Program-made: the position numbers and the translations under genes
NCBI GenBank assembly: GCA_015680685.1
Contig: MNCI01001005.1
Location: 203,438-267,437, forward strand
Length of the DNA: 64,000 nt
Source of the DNA: Gnetum montanum
Taxonomy: Eukaryota; Plantae; Gnetophyta
Direction of reading: 5' to 3'
Shown here: piece by piece, positions 8,590 through 21,150 of the stretch
Position numbering within the stretch: position 1 is the first letter of the stretch
Layout: each line of letters begins with the position of its first letter
Notes under the pieces: model-generated
Told to the model about the DNA's origin: nothing
What the model saw: only the letters and a program-made list of their open reading frames with translations
Database searches by the model: none

Positions 8590-11500
8590 AATAATAGTGA
8601 TGTTGGAATGATGTATGACTTGTAGAGCTTCTAGGGAGATGAGCTACAAAACATAGTACCTGTATAGATCTAGTTGCCTTTAAGGGTATTGCTACGTTTG
8701 TGGTGGCATCCCCTATGATTATGGTTGGAATAATTTTTGGTATTGTTTATAAGGTTGTGGTGAAGTTCCACTTAGGTAGTAAGCTTGTCGTTGTTGGTGG
8801 AACTATCTTGGACTACCTTGAGGGTAAGGCCATCATCTTGGAGCTTGCCTACATGCTAGGCAGGGATTCAATGCATACACTCTAGACTCCTATAATTGTG
8901 ACACCATAGTGCAACATCCCTTTGGATGTTTGTATTAGCATATGTCATATTTAGTTTCATAATAAGAGTCAGACTCCACAATTTCCTCTATTGCAGCAGC
9001 TTTGCCCTTACCTCTTTGGTAGCCACGTTTAGCTTCTTTTCACCTATTGTGATTACAATCGCTATTTTTCTCTTTGGATTCTTCAGTAATCTTTAAAGTG
9101 GTTTAAAATTTTTCATCCAAAGAGTCCCATAACTTCTCAACCTTGGCTGAAATATCAAAAATAGATTTTTGGATGGGTAAGATCTTTCTAACTTCATGAA
9201 ATGGTGACTTCTCCTCGTTACAAAATTGGACCTCTCATTTTCTAATGGATGGATTCCTATTATACTCTTCAAAACTTTGCCTTTTTTGTAGCTCACCTTC
9301 TTCTTTTGCTACCTGCTTAATTAGCCTATGGATTTGATGAGATCTCAATTCAGACAAGCTTCCTTGGGCATACACCCCAATGGTTCTTTCTATTTCTGCT
9401 CCAAGCCCATCTATGATGTGGCAAAGTTGTTCTCTCTAAGAATAACCATGTCTAGGGAATAAATGTAAGAGTGAATAGTAGTAGTCCATGATGGCACATC
9501 ATGTGCTCCCTATTTCTAGCCTTGGATTTTCCTTTTCAAATTAGACACTTTGGATTACATATGATATTTGTCATTGAATAGCTCTAACATAGTACTCCAT
9601 CTTTAGATGGACTCCAGTTCTAATAACTAATACCAACTTTTAGCTTCCTTAATGAGTATCCTTGGGAAAATCTTGAGTTTCTACCACTTATTTTCTATGT
9701 TTTGTAAGGCACAGGCATCATGAAAATCTTGTAGATGTGTTTGTAGATTAGAATTATATCCCCCTCAAATCATGGGATATTGTTCATGTCTAGGTGCTTA
9801 ATTTAACTATCCTTCATATGCCTGGTTGGAATTTTAACTACCTCTATAATGTTGAGAATACTTTAAGTCACCAATAGAGGTTCATCATCATCATTCTGTT
9901 GATGACACTGATGATGGTTTCAGCCACCCCTTTGATTTTGGTGACCTTCACAATTATTGTTATCTCTTTAATTACCTTCATCGCAATTGTTTCGATGGTA
10001 GGTTCCATGAGATCCATCAAATGAAGAGGAATGTTTAGAATTGGATGAAGAGGAAGGTGGATCACCATCACCACCACAGTGTCTTCCATCACTTCTACAC
10101 TTATTACGATCATCATCTTACATCTTATTATTTTGGTGTTTACTCCAGTCCCTACCTTGGCTATCACTTTTTCCTGAACCTAATTTATGAATAGTGGATC
10201 ATAGATTCAAGGTCACACCCTCATCATTAGTAGTAAGGGATGGAGAATCTTCATGTTGAGAACCTTTAATAGGAGGATCCTCAATGTCATCTTGATTTAG
10301 TAGAAATAAGGATTTAGTGTAATGTTTTCCATTTTTAGCTTCATAGAGTTTCCCTTAATGTTGATCTCATTTGCGTTGTCTTTCAGTGGGATAGTAATTT
10401 CAAGTGTCATATCCATCCAAAACGTATTCTTTATGAAGATTTCCTATGCCCAACCTTTTAAGTACCTTAAATAGCATCCCATGCATAGATCTATCAAGGG
10501 GCAACACGATATTTCCCTCCATATCATACCATCATAGTTCTTCATCTTGATGTAGAATGAAGGTGAAGTTCAACACAAACTCATATAGCTGACTGTATAG
10601 CACCTTGCATTCTTGTGAGATCAATGGTTTGGTATCTTCATGCTTGTGAGAAGAAGAAGATATTTTGCAAAACAAAATGAAATTATTAGTGTGCATTTAT
10701 AATTTTATGTATAGTGGGAATGATATTGACCTTGAAGTTCATGCAACGATATTAATGGTATTCACTTAGACCTAAATAGTACACATTCCACAAACAAAGT
10801 CCCTGTTAATGGTGCCAATGATGAGTAGCGGGGTACCCCTATGCCCAACCATATAAATCATGAAGCGTTCACACATGACTCGGTCAAAGTTTTTCAACTT
10901 TATCATTTCTAGTGCACTAGTTCTTTAGGAAGTAAATCTTGCCTTAACATCAATCTTTTTCTTCGTAATTAGACTTGTGTAATTGAGGCATCCAATTTTA
11001 TTATTTTGTGTTTTATAAGTTGGTGCTCAAATGTAGATAAAAGGAATTTCATTAACTAATCTAAATTAACTAATTAACTAGCATTTAACTAATCCTAACA
11101 TAAGCATCTAATCCCACTTTTTGTACACATCCTAAACCCATGTATCCACTGTTCGGCAACCAAGCATTACCCTACTGAGCGTACCAAGCAATAATGCTGC
11201 TAGGATTACCAAGAGAATACATGTTATGCTTGAAGCAATCATACTTATGTGTGTAATCTATTTGGATTAATTTCTTCATTAATGTAATAACTGTAAAATA
11301 ATTAATAAATAATTTAAAACATTTAATAAATAACTAAAAACATTAAATGCATAAATGAAATAGCTAATCTATCTAGAGTGCTACAAGATATATTAGAAAG
11401 CTCATCTTTATTGTCACACACATTGTCATGCTTAGATACAACAATGCTCAAATAAAGATCTGTACACTCAATGACTTCTATTGTGGGCACTCAAGAAAAA

Positions 11501-11728
11501 ATTCTAACTTTCAAATGGAAAAAATGCAAGAGCTCCATAGAAACTACAATCTCTCTTTTTATAAATGTGGCTACAAGCATGTATTTATAGTTGACTATAG
11601 GCACTACATTGATGGGGCCATATCAATGCATGATATGATGCATTAACTAGGCCTCGTCGATGAAGCCTAGATGATGAGGCCTCATCGATGAGGTCTCATT
11701 GACCAAAATGATAGAATGCGACTCATCA
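8590..11728 (-). mobile_element. Truncated Athila-like element: 5' LTR 10819-11728, PBS and decayed gag
   Basis: LTR TGATGAG...CTCATCA; PBS TGGCACCATTAACAGGGA (decayed tRNA-Asp type); gag homologous to 18200-20313. Confidence 0.85.
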
Positions 11729-11899
11729 ATGTGGATCCTTTAAATCACATTTGAGAGCAACAAAGTCTAAAGGTATGGTTGTGATCTACCCTTTGAGTGT
11801 GGAGTACCCAAGTTGGAAAACCACATAAATTTGATGTGTGTGCTTTGTCTCATAAATTTTTGATTTGGAAAAATTATTCATCCTCCACTTCTAAGTTCT

Positions 11900-13315
11900 A
11901 TGATCCATAGGATGAAAAACTACCAAGAACTATAGAATGCTATCAAGGTATTTGATATTGAGTAAAAATAATCTATAGCCTAGTTTATCAATGTTAAGGA
12001 GCTATTTCTAGCCCATATTTGGGGATGTCACATGGACCATGTATGATCCTCAAAGAAAGAAGGAGAAGATGAAAGAATTGCTAGATTCTTTCCATATTCT
12101 ACCAAAAGTTGCAACTGCATTAGGGCAACCTCAGAAACCATAGCCTCAATAACAACCAACGCATGCACTAGAGGTAGGAGAAGGTCATTTGGCATCATTG
12201 GAATCTCCACCACCTAGGACTATTTTATTTTCTTCTTGTCTCCAAGATGCTAGAGGGGTTTGGCTATCAATTTTTGTAATGGTGTTTAATTTTATCATCA
12301 TGAACATCCATTTTTGTAAAAGTTGCAAGTCGTACACTTGGAAACTTAGCATCTACTTGTTTGAATCATTGTGTCACTCAATAATCCCATACCTTCAAAA
12401 AATTTTATAAAAGCCTTGTTCCTCCTTTGGTTCACTCAAGGATGATTTTTCATTCAGTCATGGGGGTATGATAAGTCATGGTCACTAGATTGCGTTAACA
12501 TGTACCTATTGATGTGATTCCATTGATGCATACATATCGACACATACTTTGATGTGTCAACATAGTGTCTAGTCTTTCCTATAAATGTGTGCATAGCTAC
12601 CACATTAATTGTATCCAATCATTAGCCTCTAGCTTAGTTCTTAAAATTTTATCTTCCTATAGTTAGAAAACTTTCAAAGTGCTAGCAGTAGGAGTTGAGG
12701 AGTATACAGATCATTATTTGAGGACTGATGTACTTGAGCTTCTTAGTGTGAATAACAATAAAGATGAGATTTCTTGATAATCCTTGAAGTGCTTGAACTT
12801 AGCTTAATATTTACTTCCTGCATTTAATATGCATGTAATTTACTTTATTACATTTAGGTAATTAATTCATAATTATTAATTAATGCATATAAGTACTACC
12901 ACTTTGAGCATACATTAATGCTTTCTAATCCTAGAAGCAGTTAATTCTTGGTAACCTAGTAGTGTTGCAATGTGTTTAGGATGTGTATAGAATGTGAGAA
13001 CAGATGATTATGTTAGGATTAGTTAAGTATTAGTTAGTTGTTAGATTGATTAAACATTTGGTTACTTTATCCTTGCACTTAGAAGAATTAAATGAAAAAC
13101 ATAAAATGATAAAAATCATGTGCCCCAACTACACTTATCCATACCTTTTCACTTCACTTCACAAGTGAAACTATGAAGGAAATGATCATATCTTTTAGAT
13201 TCACTACCTAGACCAAGCGTACTTAGAGAGATAAAGTCTAAGGAATTCAACCAGATTGCTTAGTGAATGCTAGTGATTCATATGGTTGGGTGTAAGAACT
13301 ACTTTTTGCTCTTCA
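11900..13315 (+). mobile_element. 3' end of Athila-like element: accessory ORF remnant, PPT, 3' LTR 12469-13315
   Basis: AGTCATGGGGGTA|TGATAAG junction. LTR end GATTCATATGGTTGGGTGT is shared with the family. ORF remnant is homologous to 61040-61350. Confidence 0.7.
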
Positions 13316-13389
13316 ATATTTTGTTAAATTTCTTTCTCAATAGTTCCTAACTTGATGCTTCAAGATCTATTAAAATTTTGATTTTTTGA

Positions 13390-13890
13390 TGACCACGAGT
13401 CAACCACAACTTCAACATAAGTTATGGTTTATAATACTACAAGTTGTGGTATTACAACATGAGCTATGAGTTGGTTGACAACAAAGATTAAGAATTTCTA
13501 AGGATGCCATGACTTCATGAGGAGTCATGGTAAATTTACCTTATTTGAATGTCCATCATGAATGGATAGTTAGTCATGATCATTACTCCATAAGATTACC
13601 ATGAGTCATGATGAAATTTCCTTAAGTGAATTTGAATCACAAGACAATCAAGGGTCATGGTTGACAACTTTGTATCAATCATGAGAAAATTATGAGTTAT
13701 GGTTGACACCATGACATGATCAAAAGTTGTGATTAACATGAAAACTTAATCACGAGTCATTGTATTTAACCATAAGTTGGTCAAAAGTTATGGTTTGAAG
13801 AGAAATGATCTCAATAATACCATGAGTCATGATGGAATTGTAGTCTTGAAGCTTGGAATACCATGACTTGACGACAAATCATGGTTAAAC
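13390..13890. repeat. Degenerate array of CCATGAGTCATGG-like palindromic motifs
   Basis: More than ten variants (catgagtcatga, ccatgactt, gagttatggtt, agggtcatggtt). Confidence 0.6.
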
Positions 13891-14420
13891 TATTTTTTGA
13901 GAATTTCTTAATGTTGGATAATCAAAATATGATGAATGTTATATTTCAAGGTTCTCCATATAATGTTCTATCTCAAATAAATATCTACAAATTCCTTTCT
14001 AATGAGTGGCGAAGTACCCCTACACTCAACCATACGAAACGAGCGTAGCACACGTGATCCAGTCGAACTCCGCAAACTAAATGCCTAAACACCGCATGGC
14101 ACACTTGGGGTTAATCATTTGTTGTCTTCCTAGACTTACTTTTTTTTGTCATGGTGTATGGTTAAGTAAGTCCAAGGTATATGATTTTTATTGCTTTTAA
14201 TGTTTTTCTCCTATGCTAAGGGGTGAAGGGTTGAGAAAGCTAACTAACTCTAACTAAGGACCTAAGTCTAAATTAACTAGCGTCAGCATCCATTCCCACT
14301 TACTGTACACACCCTAAACTATACAACTGTGGCTGCCAAATGCTAATCGTTACTGGGATTACCACATGTAACGCACGTGCTCGAAGTGTTCATACTGAGG
14401 CACTTAACTAGCCTAAACAT

Positions 14421-14697
14421 GATGAGTAGCTGATTCCTTGACTAGCTGTACACACCCGTAGATGCTCGTAGTCAAGTCATACTCATCCTGCGTTCTAGGA
14501 GTTGAGGGTAAGAGAGACTACTCACGAAGAGCAGCAAATTCCTTGATTAGCCGTACACACCCGTAGATGCTCGTAGTCAAGTCGTACTCATCCCGCGTTC
14601 TAGGAGTTGAGGGTGAGAGAGACTAATCGTGATGAGCAGCCGATTCCTTGATTAGCTGTACACATTCGTCAATGCTACTAATCAAGTCATACTCATG
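14421..14697 (-). repeat. ~2.6 tandem 105-bp hairpin units in 3' LTR
   Basis: Units start at 14421, 14526, 14631; each has GATGAG...CTTGAYTA...TARTCAAG...CTCATC inverted pairs. Confidence 0.9.
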
Positions 14698-17039
14698 CCA
14701 CGCTAATGTAGGTAATAAATAACAAGTAGGAAATAACATGTAATAAACCTATTCCATGCACTCCAAGGTTTATCCACAAAGCTCATCTTTATTACCGTAC
14801 ACAACTTGCGTTTAGGTACAAACTGCTCGAATAAAAATCTATTCACTTGGGGACTCCTACTGCAGGCACATGGAAAATATTCTATCTCTGGAGTGATCAA
14901 ACTACCATAGTTTTCCTACTTTAAGCCTAGGATGAGAAATGAGGGGAGTGCCACCTCTTATTTATAGATTTGACGACGGACCGTGATATTGCAACGACCG
15001 CGATATCGCGTATGCGATATCGTGGCCTATACGATATCATGTCTCATCATATCCCCATGACTGAATGAAAACTCATCCTTGAGTTCCTTACAACAATATC
15101 AGGAATGTATGGAATTATTGAGGGGAATGGAACTAATGGGATGACATGTGAATGGATCATTATTACAAGACTTGACAAAATTGATATTCATGACAACAAG
15201 GGTGAACACCTTATTACAATGACATCAGGCCTTAGTTGGCAGTTGAGAAAGAGAGAGAGAAAGAAGTGTTGCTGCTGCCAATGCCAAGATTACACCTTGT
15301 TGTCCATCCGTAAGCGCTCCATCGATCTTGCTCCTTGCATAGCTGCTGTAGCGCTACTCCATTCCAAGTGTTTGCTCTAGATCCAATTCGTTGTTGCATG
15401 TCCATCATCTGCACACACAACACAATCGTATATTAGCAAGGGTAATTGAATCATCATGTAATTGATACCTTTCTTTGATGTAAACTCATTGGCTAGGTTG
15501 TGGTATGGCTGATATGGATCTGGGAATATATAAATGATGACTACCGAAGGTGTAGGGGTTAGGAAGAAAATCAAAAATTTCAGGGCTAGGAGAAAATCAA
15601 AAAAATCGGGCCCCATACCCCCATGACTAATCGTGAACCTCTGGTAGCATTAGAATGGAAAAAGGAAAGGAGTAAGAAAGATAGGTAAAAAGGGACAACT
15701 ATAGCATCGATGAAATGGATGTCAAGATGGAAATGAACAAAATAAAATTAATTGCAAAATGTTAAGGGAAAGAATTTAACTAATGTACCAAATAGGAATG
15801 TTAGTGAGTCCTCCCCAAAGTAGGCTCATGCCCTTAATGCCCTGAAAAACCCACATTCAAGAGTCCATAGGCCCTAGGAATGTGATTGGGAACAAGAGTT
15901 AAAGTCTTAACCACAAGAATTTACCAAAAAGAAAACAATGCATCAACCAAAATATATACACTAATGATACAACTGGCAATGAGGTGAACAATGGAGAGAA
16001 GGATGGAGAGAAGAAAATGGAATGGAATCCCAAAAACAAGGTGGTGTACAACCCCTTGTGTGTTGCATGATTAATGTGACTTGGCATATCTCATTCCAAC
16101 TCTGGCCTCAAACCAACCACATCTAGTGACTTCGCATCAATGCATTCAGGTAAACTATAAACTGGAGTAATGAGAATGCTTCCCCCAAGAGCCACCACCA
16201 TTCTGACGAAACAAAGGAGAGAATGGGAAACGAGAAAGGCCTTAGTTAGAGGGAACACTTTGGTTCCTTAACTAGTGCTTGTTGCCTAAGTTTATTCTAT
16301 CTAAGGGTTGTGCTTTGAATTCTCACTTAGTTGTTTTTTTTTTGAATTTTGTGTTTTGTATTTTTATGCGTGAGAACCACACCATGCAAAGACTATTTAT
16401 TTTTATGGTCTCAGCTTCCGATAATTGGGTAACATCGGAATGGTGAGAAAACTCAAAAAGAAAACATCCAAGCACCCAAGAGAATGGCCAACACAAAAGC
16501 ATCAAGTTCCCTTGAAGTCACACCCTTTTCAAACCATGAGTCCTTCCTTAGTTTGAGACATACCCTGTTACTGATTTGTTTAAGTTCTTTATTAGAAAGG
16601 GACTATACATTTCCGAGCTGAGAGAGACCATAGAACTAGTGGATGGATGGATGAAGTGAACTCATTGCCTGCCATATCAAAAGAAACATACCTTAGTATC
16701 AACATTGTGACTTAAAGGTAAAAACCAAACATTAGCAATCAATATGAAAACAGTTCATACCATCATTCCAAACACTTATTGGGTGACAAACTTACAAGCT
16801 GGATACACACACACATAAAAAAAATGGAAAAAGTATAACAATGTTGTAAAACAAAAATTAGAAAAGTTAAAGAAATTTGTAAAAAAAAAATGTTTAAGAC
16901 AAAAACATGTAAAACAAAAATGTGTAAAATAAAAACATGTAAAAAAAATCAAAAATAAAAATGAGGGCCCCATATAATTAGCATAAGTGACAATCTCCCC
17001 CATGACTGAGTTGTAAGGGAGAGATCTGAAATAACGAGC

Positions 17040-20000
17040 GTCTATTTGAATTTCTAAGAAGTGCCCAACTTCTCCCAATTGATGACCTTAGATTAAGGGG
17101 TGGAAATTGGTGACGCTCATGTTCCAATGTATATATGATTTAATTGTTAACATGAGTTACCTCAGTTCATTCCATGCATATTTTTTTGCTCCTTCGAGTA
17201 GCTGTCAACCACGGGGTGTCTACTGCTTCTTGTGTGGTTGCTACATATAGTCATATTTGTTGGAAAGTTTCATGGGCATACCTGTTACATGGAGACATTT
17301 CCTCTATGTCATCACCCAATGAATCACTATATGTGATGCATGGAAGTTTCCTCTTCTCGATCTTTCCACAAATGTTGATCTTGGAAATTTCCAAGGAAAG
17401 ATCACGGATCCTAAGGCATGCATCTACTGTACTTAGCCATGCCCTTCCCATTATAATTGGGAAGTCCCCTTCGTTGTTGTTAACTTCAATCACCAGGAAA
17501 TCAGCTGGGTAAGACCAACTACACACAGTGGTGATGATGTCCTCCACCAATCCCAAGGGAATGGTGATGGACTGGTCTGCCAGCTCTAGTTGAATGTTGC
17601 TCTTCTTAAGTTGGGGCAGGTTTCAGGCATGATACATCTCTCATGAAATTAAGTTGACTCCGGAACCTGAGTCAAGAAGAGCCCTATGTGGTTTATTTTC
17701 GGTGATCTGGAGATAGATTAAGGGACTCCCAGGGTTAGTTACTTTTCTGGGAAGGTGGCCTACCTTAATCCAGTTAGTTACAGTATGCGTTAACATAACC
17801 ATATGCATTAAGCTCTGATTTTGGACTGAAGGGTGCTCCGAAGTGTTAGATGATGGAGGAGTGTACATGGCCTCAACCGATTTTTATTGCAAGAGTTTGT
17901 CTGGGCTTTTGGTTCTGAAGCAGAGTTTTCTCTTTTTACAGTTGTCAAAACCAGTAGCCGGTTGAATACTTACAGCTCTCGCAGTGTGATGCTGCTGCGG
18001 TTGAGAAGGAAGTTCCCCTTGCATTGTTGGAGCAGGAGGTGTTATGGGAACTCCTTGTGGTGGAAGAGGTGCGGATGGATTAGGAGGATGGGGTGGGTAT
18101 GGAGTGTCTCTCGGAGGAGAAGGAGTCCTTCTGAAGTACTCCTAAACTTGGTAGTGATGGTTGGGGGTTGTGTGACCCATAGAGTCACTTGGAGAAATCG
18201 GCTGCTACACATAATATCCATAAGGGTCAGGCTACCGGTAAGGGTACTGATGTTTCGGCGATGGCATCCCCCATGACTATGGGTATTGCCACTACTGATG
18301 TTGTCTGATGGGATGTGGTTGAGTTCCACATGGATAATATGTTAAGTGTTGGTGGAACTACCTTGGGTTACCTTGTGGATACGGTAACCTTCAGGGTGTT
18401 TGCCGTTGGTTGAGTCTTGGATTTAGCGCATACACCCTAGACTCTTGTAGATGTGAGATAATGGGGCAACATCCCTTAGGATGGTCATAATGGTAGATCT
18501 CACATCCACCGTCATTGTCTATGTCAAAATTCATAGCCACATCGAATTTAGTGATTTTTCCCTTACCCTTGTTATGTGTAGGGCTTAAATCTCTCCACTT
18601 TTTCTTACCTTTATCACTACTTTATTCAACCTTAGACTCTTCTACAATTTTCAAGATAGTTTCAATTTTAGAGTCTAAGGAACTCCATATGTCATCTACC
18701 TTAGCCGCTATTTCTATTGTGAGTTTTTGGATTAGCAAGGTTTTCCTATTTACCAACTCTTCGAGTGGTGACTCATCATCTTCATCACAAAATTTCACTC
18801 CCTTCTTTCGAAGAGAGGGATCTCGGTTGTACTCTTCCGCACTTTCCCTTTTTCGTAGCTCACCTTCTTCATTTGCTACTTGCTCCAACAAGCTTTGAAC
18901 TTCATGGGCTCTAATTTTTGAGAGTCTCCCTTGGGCATAAGTCCCAAGGGTTCTCCAAGTTTCATGCCTTAGCCCATCCACGATGTGGTGGAGTTGATCC
19001 CGCTGAGCGTACCCATGGCCTGGGAAATGATGTAACAATGTGTAATAGCGGGCCATGGCAGCATCCAAGGGTTCGTGATGACCTTGTTTCTAGCCTTGGA
19101 TTTGCTTATGCAAATTAGACACTCTAGAGTACGTTTGATACTTTTCGTTAAATAGTTCTAGCATCATACTCCACCTCGTGATGGTTTTCGGTTCTAAGGA
19201 CTGGTACCAACTCTCTACTTCCTTGGTGAGTATCCTTGGGAACAACTTATGCTTCTGCCACTCATTTTCTATATTCTATAATGCACAGGCATCGTGGAAT
19301 TCCTGTAAATGATTCTGCGGATCAACATTGTATCCCCCTTCAAATCGTGGGATGTTGTTCATGTCTAATCGTTTGATCCGACTATCTTTCAAATGCCTTG
19401 TGGGAATACTAACTACCTCTGTTATGTTAAGCATACTTCAGGTTGCGAGAAGGGGCTCATCATGATCATCTCTTTTATGACGCTTGTGATGTCTGCATTG
19501 TTCCCTAATCTCCCTACATCCTTGTTGTTGTCCTCTCTCTCGACTTTCCCGTCGAGGTCTTTCGTCCTTCTTACCTTTATCCTCACTTTTATGTTCATAG
19601 TGGCTGCTCCTAGGTGTGGAAGGAGAGGGTGAGTGATGTGAAGAAGAGGAAGAAGAAGGGGAACCATCACCATGATGATGTTTCTTACCTTCTCTTCGGC
19701 TGCTATGGCCCCAATCGTGGTGATGATCTAAGTGCCCATCCTTAGCATGAGTAGTTGTTCCCACTATGAACAGCTAGTGTTCACGGGCATTAGAAGTAAG
19801 GGTATGTATCATTGATCATAGGTTCTGATACCCTTCCTCCTCACCATCGTTAAGAGGGGAAACATCATTTGTTAAAGAACCTATGATAAGGGGTTCCTCA
19901 TCTCCTATTTCTCTAAGGATGTGTGGGGCTTTGCCCTTTAGAAAAGTATGTTGACTCTCCTACCTTAAGTATCTCATATGTTGGGCATCTATGGGATAAT

Positions 20001-20313
20001 AATCCCTCATATCAAAATCTTCTGCAACGTATTCAGCATAATGATCTTGCATGCCAATCTGTATCAAGGCACGGAAAAGCATGTGAGATATTGATCGATC
20101 TGGGGGTAACACGATGTTACCTTGCAAATCTCTCCACCATAGTTGTTCATCTTGATGGAGAATAAAACTAAAATTGGGAATATACTCATTGGGATGAGTA
20201 TATGTCATCTTGTATTGTTTAGGACTTGGCTGATTTTGGTTATGTTTCTTATGTTGTTGACTGTCTCGTGTGTGGTCCTTAGGTGGTGAGTTGCTCTTAT
20301 GAGAAGAAGGCAT
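17040..20313 (-). pseudogene. Gag (long N-terminal extension, capsid, CX2CX3HX4C-like motif) and protease
   Basis: MPSSHKSN...HPNEYIPNFSFILHQDEQLWWRD; IPRFEGGY...KLFPRIL...WYQSL; LDSGS; PIIMGRAWL; scattered stops. Confidence 0.85.
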
Positions 20314-20873
20314 TTTTATCGGTGTGCTATTTCACCGTTATATAATTTTTATCTTGATTAACCCGAAGGTTTGTTAAGGCTCACAATGATGTGAGTGATG
20401 TCCCTTATGTTCTAATTGATGTACAAACACTTAGTCCCTGGCAACGGTGCCAATGATGAGTGGTGAGGTACCCCTACACTCAACCATACAAAATGAGCGT
20501 AGCACGCACAATCCAGACGAACTCTATAGACTAAATGCCTAAACACCCCATGGAACACTTGGGGTTAATCATTCGTTGTCTTCCCAGACTTACTTGTTGT
20601 TGTCACGGTGTATGGTTAAGTAAGTCTGAGGTATATGATTTTTATAGCTTTTAATGTTTTTCTCCTATGCTATGAGGTGAAGGGTTGAGAAACTAACTAA
20701 CTCTAACTAATGTTCTAAGTCTAAATTAACTAGCGTTAGCATCCATCCCTACTTACCGTACACACCCTGAACTATGCAACTATGGCTACCAAACACTAAT
20801 CGTTAATGGGATTACCACATGTAATGCACATGCTCGAAGTGGTCATACTGAGGCACTTAACTAGCCTAAACGT

Positions 20874-21150
20874 GATGAGCAGCCGATTCCTTGACTAGCC
20901 GTACACACCCGTAGATGCTCGTAGTCAAGTCGTACTCATCTTGTGTTCTGGGAGTTGAGGGTGAGAGAGACTACTCACGAAGAGCAGCCAATTCCTTGAT
21001 TAGCTGTACACACCCATAGATGCTCGTAGTCAAGTTGTACTCATCCCACGTTCTAGGAGTTGAGGGTGAGAGAGACTAATCGCGATGAGCAGCCGATTCC
21101 TTGATTAGCCGTACACATTCGTCAATGCTTGTAATCAAGTAGTACTCATG
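20874..21150 (-). repeat. ~2.6 tandem 105-bp hairpin units in 5' LTR
   Basis: Counterpart of 14421-14697. Confidence 0.9.

Noticed and set aside
11760-11900. SIRE-like LTR end (TATTCATCCTCCACTTCTA)
   Set aside because: Too short and degenerate to support.
14421-14697. Hammerhead ribozyme/retrozyme, CRISPR array or rRNA fragment in the LTR repeats
   Set aside because: No CUGAUGA...GAAA core on either strand and no unique spacers. GTACACACCCGT resembles SSU rRNA over only ~12 nt.
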